32,000 bases of DNA. It comes from Isorropodon fossajaponicum endosymbiont JTNG4. Its GTDB lineage: Bacteria; Pseudomonadota; Gammaproteobacteria; PS1; Pseudothioglobaceae. Both the position numbers and the translations under genes were made by a program. Positions 25,453 through 32,000 of this stretch are shown here, one piece after another. The DNA lies in NCBI RefSeq assembly GCF_016592615.1, contig NZ_AP013043.1, forward strand, positions 690,001 through 722,000. The letters are read 5' to 3'. Numbering within the stretch: the first letter of the stretch is position 1; each line of letters begins with the position of its first letter. The notes under the pieces were generated by a model, which saw only the letters and a program-made list of their open reading frames with translations, made no database searches and was not told the DNA's origin.

Positions 25453-26540
25453 CCCAGCTTTTAAACTCGCTTCAATAAATTGATCTAAATTACCATCTAA
25501 AACATCGCCCGTATTGGTGCTTCAACACCGGTGCGTAAATCTTTAATCCTTGATTGGTCAAGCACATAGGATCGAATTTGGTGTCCCCAGCCGATGTCAG
25601 ATTTGGTGTCTTCTAGGCTTTGTTTTTCAGCATTACGTTTTTGCATTTCTAACTCATAAAGCCTGGATTTTAATTGTTTCATGGCCTGGTCTTTGTTGGC
25701 ATGTTGTGAGCGACCATTTTGGCATTGCACAACGGTATTGGTGGGTAGGTGGGTGATGCGTACGGCTGATTCGGTTTTATTGACGTGCTGGCCACCGGCA
25801 CCACTGGCGCGATAAGTGTCAATACGTAAGTCTGATGGGTTGATGTCAATGTCAATATCATCATCCACTTCGGGGGAGATAAACACAGAGCAAAATGAAG
25901 TATGGCGTTTGCCATTGGCATTAAAAGGGGATTTTCTAACCAAGCGATGGATGCCAATTTCTGTGCGTAACCAGCCAAATGCGTATTCACCATCAAAGTG
26001 AATAGTTGCAGATTTAATGCCAGCCACTTCTCCTGCTGAAGCTTCCATAAGTTTAACTTTAAAATTGTGTTTTTCACCCCAGCGTAAGTACATACGTAGC
26101 ACCATTTCTGCCCAATCTTGGGCTTCTGTGCCACCTGAGCCAGATTGGATGTCTAAATAAGCAGAGTTGGCATCTAAATCACCACTAAACATACGCTCAA
26201 ATTCAAGTTTTTCAATAGCAGATTGGGTGGTGTTTAAATCATCAATGACACCACTTGCTGTATCTTCATCATTTTCTGTTTGAGCCATGTTTAACAACTC
26301 TTGTGCATCTTCTAAAACAGCATTCACTTGCTCAAAGGTTTGGCAAATTGATGTTAGTTTTGATTTTTCTTGTCCCAAGGCTTGTGCTTGGTCAGGGTTT
26401 GCCCAGATGTTTGGGTTCTCCATTTCCAATAAAACCTCTTCTAGGCGAGCTTGTTTTTCTTCTAAACTAATGTGTGTTGATAGAGCAATTGTGCGTTGCT
26501 TTAAATCTTGGATTTTTTGATAAGTTGGCGAGAGTTCCAT
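25447..26540 (-). CDS. prfB: Peptide chain release factor 2. It lacks the N-terminal programmed frameshift site and has an apparent 1-nt deletion near the 3' end.
   Basis: It is colinear with E. coli RF2 ([55 protein letters not shown]). The ORF 25497-26540 ends ...[12 protein letters not shown]. The conserved tail [22 protein letters not shown] lies in another frame down to 25447. Confidence 0.92.
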
Positions 26541-26552
26541 AGCGTTATTTTA

Positions 26553-26581
26553 GGTAAAAAAAAAGCCCAAAATGGGGCTTT
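26553..26581 (-). terminator. Intrinsic terminator downstream of rpsO
   Basis: The minus strand reads AAAGCCC-CATTTT-GGGCTTT followed by a T9 run. Confidence 0.6.
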
Positions 26582-26598
26582 TATAAAAATGATTTAAC

Positions 26599-26859
26599 TT
26601 ATTTTCTAAGCCCTAGACGAGTAATCAAGTCTGAATAGGCGGTTGTATTAGTGCCTTTAAGATAGGTTAGTAATTTTTTGCGCTGAGAGACTAAATGTAG
26701 AAGACCTCTTCTTGAGTGGTGGTCTTTTTTATGAGTTTTAAAATGCTCAGTTAGGTGTTTGATGCGAGCTGTTAATAAGGCAACTTGTACATTGGTTGAA
26801 CCAGTATCACCAGTTTTGCTCTGATATTCTTTAATAATTGCTTGGGTATCAATCGACAT
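26599..26859 (-). CDS. rpsO: 30S ribosomal protein S15
   Basis: The 86-aa ORF contains [51 protein letters not shown]. Confidence 0.95.
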   Translation of the reverse strand: MSIDTQAIIKEYQSKTGDTGSTNVQVALLTARIKHLTEHFKTHKKDHHSRRGLLHLVSQRKKLLTYLKGTNTTAYSDLITRLGLRK

Positions 26860-26929
26860 AATAAATCTATAATCAAAAATAATAAAAAGGATGAATTATA
26901 CGCTAATTGCTTTATTGTTCTTAAAAAAG

Positions 26930-27826
26930 TTAATAAAAAGATGGCTCATTATTTGGTCTAGTTTTAAAGCGTCTGTGAATCCATAAATATTGTTCTGGTG
27001 CTTTTAAAATTTGCTGTTGTAATATTTGGTTGGTTAGTCGTGTATTTTGTTGGGACTTGTCATTAGGATAATCTACCAAAGCAGGAGAAAATTCTAGTGT
27101 GTAAGTTGTGTGTTGACGGGTAAAGGACAAGGGGATAACGACCGTATTATCAATGCGAGCTAGTTTTTCTGTGGCTTTTATGGTGGCAGTTTGTATGTTA
27201 AAAAAAGGTGAAAACGTGCTGATTTTTGCACCTAAATCTTGGTCGTGTGTGTACCAAATAGGTAGGCCTGATTTTAGGGTTCGGATTAAGGTTCTGGTGT
27301 CTTTCGCTTTAATCATAAAACTGCCATATTGGGTGAATATTTTTTGCATTTGATTATCAAATAAGGCGTTATTTTGTGGGCGATAAACATCAGCAAAATC
27401 AAAGTTTTGTAGTAGCATTCTACCAGCAAGCATCATGGTTGTAAAATGCCCAACAAGTAAAATGATGTTTTGTTGCTTGTCTAAGGCACTTTGTAAAATC
27501 TCAGCACCTTCAATATGGTAGTGTTGCTTGAGTTTTTTGTCGCTTAAATAAAAGCAATTTGCTATTTCAAACAGCCCAATGCCTAGCGCTTCAAAATGTT
27601 GTTTAACTAAACGAGTTACTTGGACTTTATTTTTATTAGGAAAGCATTTAGAGATATTCACAAAAGCAATTTTTCTAAATCCACTTAATAGTGGATATAG
27701 TATATTGCCGATTGTTTTACCCGTCATTAACTGGGTTTTAAGCGGTAATTTAGAGCCTAGTTTCATCAAGCCCATTAAAGCCCAAGTGGGTATAAATTTA
27801 GGATGATAGAACTTTGTTTTTGTCAT
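26930..27826 (-). CDS. lpxL: Lipid A biosynthesis (Kdo)2-lipid IVA acyltransferase (LpxL/HtrB family)
   Basis: The 298-aa ORF contains FxPKF..TW, the acyltransferase motif LLVGHFTTMMLAG, and PEQYLWIHRRFKTRP at the C-terminus. Confidence 0.85.
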   Translation of the reverse strand: MTKTKFYHPKFIPTWALMGLMKLGSKLPLKTQLMTGKTIGNILYPLLSGFRKIAFVNISKCFPNKNKVQVTRLVKQHFEALGIGLFEIANCFYLSDKKLKQHYHIEGAEILQSALDKQQNIILLVGHFTTMMLAGRMLLQNFDFADVYRPQNNALFDNQMQKIFTQYGSFMIKAKDTRTLIRTLKSGLPIWYTHDQDLGAKISTFSPFFNIQTATIKATEKLARIDNTVVIPLSFTRQHTTYTLEFSPALVDYPNDKSQQNTRLTNQILQQQILKAPEQYLWIHRRFKTRPNNEPSFY

Positions 27827-27867
27827 TAAAATATAATTTTAAATATCTTAAATATTGATTACAGAAA

Positions 27868-29652
27868 ATGCCGTTCGTTAATACAGATTTTAAAGATGAT
27901 TTGCCTAATCGTGTAGATATTGTTGACATAATTAATCGGCGCGTGCCACTTAAAAAGGCAGGCAAAGATTACAAAGCATGTTGTCCATTTCATCATGAAA
28001 AAACCCCATCGTTTAGCGTTTCAGCTGAAAAGCAAATGTATAAATGCTTTGGTTGTGACGAGGGTGGCGGTGTGATTAACTTTGTTATGAAGTTTGATAA
28101 CCTAGGCTTGGTTGAGGCGATAGAGACCATTGCTGGTGAATCAGGCATCAGCGTGGTATATGATGAAAATGCCAAACCTGTAGATTTAAGATTAGCTCGC
28201 TATCGAGACTTAATGCAGCGAGTGGGACAGTTCTATATTCAGCAATTAAAACAATCTCCTGCGAAAGACAAAGCGGTTAATTATGCTAAAAACAGAGGCA
28301 TTAGTGGCGAAATTGCCAAGCGTTTTGAGCTGGGTTTTGCACCACCTAGTAGTAATTTGCTATCTGAATTTGAACAAAGTGAGCAAAATATTGCTGATTT
28401 AAAAGCAATGGGGTTGCTAGGTGATGATCAATACCGCTCAGGACAATATTACGATTTTTTTAAAGATCGTCTTATGTTCCCCATTCATAATGCTAAAGGT
28501 AATATTATTGCTTTTGGTGGTCGGGCGTTTGATAACAATGCCAAGGCAAAATATTTAAATTCACCTGAAACGCCTATTTTTTCAAAATCAAAAGAGCTTT
28601 ATGGCTTGTATCATGCGCGTAAATATTCACGCTCGATTGATTATATACTGGTGGTAGAAGGCTATATGGATGTGGTTGCCCTTCATCAGGCAGGCATATC
28701 ACAGGTGGTTGCTGCTTTGGGTACAGCAACTACGATAGAACATTTAAATATTTTATCGCGCACAACAAGCACCATTATTTTTTGTTTTGATGGTGATAAG
28801 GCAGGAAAAAAAGCCGCTTGGCGGGCGTTAAATATCACTTTGTCAGTGATTAAGGCTGGCATGATTGTTAAATTTTTATTTTTGCCAGATGGTGAAGACC
28901 CAGACACTTTGGTTAAAAAAGAATCAAGCAAAGTGTTTGTAAAGCGTATTGAAAATGCACAGTCCCTGAGTCAATTTTTATTTAACCATATTAAGGCAGA
29001 GGTAGATTTTTGTACAATTGAAGGCAAAACCTTATTTTTAGAAAAAGTATCAACATTACTAGGAAAAATAAACTATGAAACTTACCAACAGCAGTTGTTA
29101 GAAGGGCTGGCAAATGAGGTTAATCAAAGTGTTGAACAGGTTAAATCTATATTAGAGCGACAAGATACACTCGCTCAAACCAATACATTTGATATACCGC
29201 AAAATTATGAAGAGCCGCCTATGCCTGATTTCTATGATGGTGATGATAATTATCAAGCATTAATACCAGCACCTACTAAAAGTAGTAATTCATTAATTGA
29301 TCAAATGATTGGCTTGTTGCTGAATCATCCTTCTATGGTTGATGAAACAGTAGAACTCAGGGTAAGAAAAATTAATGATGCAGATGTGTTGCAAGAGTTG
29401 ACTAATTCGGCCTTATTGCAAGAAGATATTACTTTGGAATATATGATAAAACCATTCCCTCAGAAAAAACAACAATTGCTTGATTTATACAATAAGAAAA
29501 AAGTATTAAAAAATTACGACTATAAAGGTGAGTTTTTGGATGCTTTGTTAAAAATTGAAGAAAAACAAAAAGAGAAAAATGCTTTATTAATCACAAATGA
29601 AGCAGAATATACAAAAAGCTTACAGGCAAGAAAAGGTCAACTTAAAAGTTAG
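27868..29652 (+). CDS. dnaG: DNA primase
   Basis: The zinc ribbon is CCPFHHEKTPSFSVSAEKQMYKCFGCDEGG. The RNA polymerase core has KYLNSPETPIFSKSKELYG, and the TOPRIM domain has VVEGYMDVVAL...DGDKAGKKAAWRA. Confidence 0.95.
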   Translation: MPFVNTDFKDDLPNRVDIVDIINRRVPLKKAGKDYKACCPFHHEKTPSFSVSAEKQMYKCFGCDEGGGVINFVMKFDNLGLVEAIETIAGESGISVVYDENAKPVDLRLARYRDLMQRVGQFYIQQLKQSPAKDKAVNYAKNRGISGEIAKRFELGFAPPSSNLLSEFEQSEQNIADLKAMGLLGDDQYRSGQYYDFFKDRLMFPIHNAKGNIIAFGGRAFDNNAKAKYLNSPETPIFSKSKELYGLYHARKYSRSIDYILVVEGYMDVVALHQAGISQVVAALGTATTIEHLNILSRTTSTIIFCFDGDKAGKKAAWRALNITLSVIKAGMIVKFLFLPDGEDPDTLVKKESSKVFVKRIENAQSLSQFLFNHIKAEVDFCTIEGKTLFLEKVSTLLGKINYETYQQQLLEGLANEVNQSVEQVKSILERQDTLAQTNTFDIPQNYEEPPMPDFYDGDDNYQALIPAPTKSSNSLIDQMIGLLLNHPSMVDETVELRVRKINDADVLQELTNSALLQEDITLEYMIKPFPQKKQQLLDLYNKKKVLKNYDYKGEFLDALLKIEEKQKEKNALLITNEAEYTKSLQARKGQLKS

Positions 29653-31532
29653 TTTTCCATGCTTAATTTGATTGAGGCGTCATTGCTTAAAATATGTCCC
29701 ATTGCCTCTTTAAATACCATTGCTGCCGAGTTCGACCCTTCACATTTGCTGCGAAGATTAGGATTCCAAGAGGTGTAACATTTTTTAGGATAATCAAGCC
29801 TCACTGCCATAATATATTTAGGTTTTTTAACAGGTACAAAGCCGGTAAAGAAAGTACGCTTAGCGCCTTTTTTATTATACGAGCCATTAACCACCATCTC
29901 CGCTGTTCCTGTTTTGCCAGCCACATTGTAGCCCTTGATTTGCGCTCGATATCCCGATCCTTGATTTGAGGTGACTGCGCTTAATAACCGGGCAATTTTT
30001 ATAATAGATTGCTTGTTAAATACTTGGATTGTGTCCTCATAAGTACTGGTGTTTTTAACCAGTTTTAATGGCGGTATTGCCCCTTCATTGGCAAATACCA
30101 AATAAGCCCTGGCTAATTGTGCCAGATTAGTCTCCATTGGGCCATGACCAAATGATAAGGTGCGCTTATCACTTAATGCCCATGAGCTAAAGTGTCTCAA
30201 TGAGCCAGAATTTTCAATGCTTGGTATAAGGCCTAGTTGATGGCCAAATCCTAGCTTGTTCCAAGTGTTGTACATGGCTTCTGGCTTAAGCCTTTCGGAG
30301 ACATTAACAGTGCCAAGATTATGAGATTTTTGCAATATTTTTTTAATCGTCATTTGCTTATATTTGCCATCTGGTTTGATATGCCCAATGCGTTTTGAAA
30401 CATCAATTAGTTCATCTTCAGTGGCTGTTATTTGGTTTTTATCTAATGCCAAAAGCATGGTGAATGGTTTCATGGTTGAGCCTGGTTCTACTTTATCAGA
30501 CAGTACTCTATTGCGATAATGTTCAGCATTGTAAGTGCTATTATCATTTGGATTGTCAGCAGGGTAGTTCACCATGGCCAGTACTTCGCCATTTGGTGCA
30601 AGAATAATAGCTGAGCCTGAATCTGCTTCATGCTTTCGAACTGATTTTTTAATGGTTTCGTAAGCATGATACTGAATATCGGCATCAATGGTTAGTACTA
30701 TATTCTGCCCTTGTTGTCGTTGGGTGATTGTTTTGGAATTGAAATATGCCTCATTAATATTGACTTTAAAATTAGTTAGTGATTGACCATCATGCCCAGC
30801 AAGACTGTTTTCAAATTCTCCTTCAATGCCAGAAGTGCCTTTTTTATTGGCATTAACTCGACCTAGTAGTGGTGCTAGCGAGGCAGATTTTGGATAGTAT
30901 CTTTTTGTATCTTGTTGTAATGCCACACCAGCAATTCTTGCTTTTTTGCATTGCTTAATAAGGGCGTAGGTTGTTTTTGTCTTCTGTAGGTTTAAGGTGT
31001 TTAAGGTGCGCTCAATGAAGCTTAATTTATTAGCCATCTTTTTGCGTGTACAGACTGAAATTCTCATTAATTTTAATTGCTTTAATTTGTTAATAATAGG
31101 GTCAGTGAGTGTGATATTTTTTTTAATAATTAAATATCTTGAGCCAATTTTTCGTTTTGATGCGAGCAACTTACTAAGCGTTTGGACTTTCATATCTAGC
31201 ACACGTGCCAATTTGGGAATAAATTCAACCTGAATCAGTGTTGGGTCTAAATTAAGGCGTTTTAACAGCAAATTGCTGGCAAGAATATGTCCATTCCTAT
31301 CTAGGATATCGCCTCGTTGGGCGATTTTTGTCTCTAAACTAGTGGCTTGATGATAAGCCCTGTCTTGTATTGATAAACCTATGACATTAGATTGTGATAT
31401 GGAAGTGGTTTGATAAGAAAAAATACCAAAAAGAAATACAAAAAAATACTTAACCGCACCTTGTCTGCGCCAATAATTTTGCACCCGTCCGGGTATCAAT
31501 ACTTTTGAGATGGTTGATATTTTTCCATTCAT
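29649..31532 (-). CDS. ftsI: Peptidoglycan D,D-transpeptidase FtsI (PBP3)
   Basis: It has an N-terminal anchor, SxxK (GSTMKPF), SxN (KSHNLG) and KTG (GKTGTA). It lies immediately downstream of ftsL with an ATGA overlap. Confidence 0.9.
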   Translation of the reverse strand: MNGKISTISKVLIPGRVQNYWRRQGAVKYFFVFLFGIFSYQTTSISQSNVIGLSIQDRAYHQATSLETKIAQRGDILDRNGHILASNLLLKRLNLDPTLIQVEFIPKLARVLDMKVQTLSKLLASKRKIGSRYLIIKKNITLTDPIINKLKQLKLMRISVCTRKKMANKLSFIERTLNTLNLQKTKTTYALIKQCKKARIAGVALQQDTKRYYPKSASLAPLLGRVNANKKGTSGIEGEFENSLAGHDGQSLTNFKVNINEAYFNSKTITQRQQGQNIVLTIDADIQYHAYETIKKSVRKHEADSGSAIILAPNGEVLAMVNYPADNPNDNSTYNAEHYRNRVLSDKVEPGSTMKPFTMLLALDKNQITATEDELIDVSKRIGHIKPDGKYKQMTIKKILQKSHNLGTVNVSERLKPEAMYNTWNKLGFGHQLGLIPSIENSGSLRHFSSWALSDKRTLSFGHGPMETNLAQLARAYLVFANEGAIPPLKLVKNTSTYEDTIQVFNKQSIIKIARLLSAVTSNQGSGYRAQIKGYNVAGKTGTAEMVVNGSYNKKGAKRTFFTGFVPVKKPKYIMAVRLDYPKKCYTSWNPNLRSKCEGSNSAAMVFKEAMGHILSNDASIKLSMEN

Positions 31533-31801
31533 AATAACAATTCTCTTTGTCTTTTAGGTGCTTGCATTTTTAATATTTTTAGAGCTTTGGCTTTAATTTC
31601 ACTACCACTGATTGCCTGTGATTGTTTGATTAATAATTGCTTGTGTAGAGCGACTAATTGGTGATTTTGCGTTTCTATACGTTTTGACTGAGTATACAAG
31701 AGATACATTTGATGATGCCAAGAGATGGTTAGAATACTCAACACAACCACACCCAGTATTAGCGCAATATTAAGCTTGGTTTTGTTGATATTTAAACGCA
31801 T
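31529..31801 (-). CDS. ftsL: Cell division protein FtsL
   Basis: It is a small bitopic protein (MRLNINKTKLNIALILGVVVLSILTISWHH... followed by a coiled coil) between rsmH and ftsI. The start is set at the internal Met; the ORF track extends to 31876, inside rsmH. Confidence 0.75.
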   Translation of the reverse strand: MRLNINKTKLNIALILGVVVLSILTISWHHQMYLLYTQSKRIETQNHQLVALHKQLLIKQSQAISGSEIKAKALKILKMQAPKRQRELLL

Positions 31802-31802
31802 T

Positions 31803-32000
31803 TTAATTTTTGCTTGCCACTCGTAAAATTGCACTACGAGCACGTTTGTTGCTACTAATTTCTGCCTTATTAGCAAAGTGCTTGCCTAAATCTTTCAGGC
31901 AAGTTTTTTCAATTTTATAGTCAATAATAGGCAAGCCTTTTGGCAGGGGTTTTTGTCGTGAATTTTTTTGAATAAAACGTTTAACAATACGATCTTCAAT
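31803..32000 (-). CDS. rsmH: 16S rRNA (cytosine1402-N4)-methyltransferase, C-terminal part (5' end outside the window)
   Basis: The minus-strand translation IEDRIVKRFIQKNSRQKPLPKGLPII...NKRARSAILRVASKN* matches the RsmH C-terminus (LEDRIVK...N.RARSA.LR.AEK). Confidence 0.85.
   Translation of the reverse strand: MEDRIVKRFIQKNSRQKPLPKGLPIIDYKIEKTCLKDLGKHFANKAEISSNKRARSAILRVASKN

Noticed and set aside
26440-26540. The programmed +1 frameshift site (CTT TGA C) might be present in the first ~30 codons of prfB.
   Set aside because: The frame is continuous from the ATG at 26540 through the region homologous to E. coli codons 20-35. No in-frame TGA is present.

Overview
This is a 32-kb AT-rich segment of a gammaproteobacterial-type chromosome; the exact taxon cannot be determined from the sequence. 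Intact core genes (ispG, hisF, uppS, cdsA, lolA, ftsK, trxB, tRNA-Phe, gor, rpsO, lpxL, dnaG, ftsI, ftsL, partial rsmH) are interleaved with an unusually heavy load of insertion sequences and gene wrecks. The IS content is two near-identical inverted IS3-family copies, an IS256 transposase remnant, two remnants of a second IS3-family type, and a decayed IS30. At least a dozen genes are truncated, frameshifted or carry in-frame stops: dxr, the ctaB 3' end, an Lrp/AsnC regulator, a sulfite/nitrite reductase, an RND pump, an Fnr-like regulator, hemN, catalase, an MdaB-like quinone reductase, a VOC/glyoxalase gene, an HxlR regulator and a toxin-antitoxin pair. prfB also has an apparent 1-nt frameshift near its 3' end. 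The overall picture fits a genome undergoing IS-driven erosion, such as a host-restricted or symbiotic lineage; this is inference. The most coherent accessory block is about 8.6 kb between tRNA-Phe and prfB. It holds an oxidative-stress module: an OxyR-like LysR regulator divergent from Prx5-type peroxiredoxin, catalase (dead), a stand-alone encapsulated-ferritin (EncFtn) homologue and glutathione reductase. Next to it is a fully decayed quinone-detox module (mdaB, VOC, hxlR) and an unrecognisable roughly 230-codon single-frame reading frame broken by TAG and TGA. I found no CRISPR array, rRNA, or recognisable phage-defence or secretion system. The candidates for novelty are the orphan EncFtn context and the unassignable ORF at 17762-18464. 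All homology calls rest on remembered family motifs, not on database searches.
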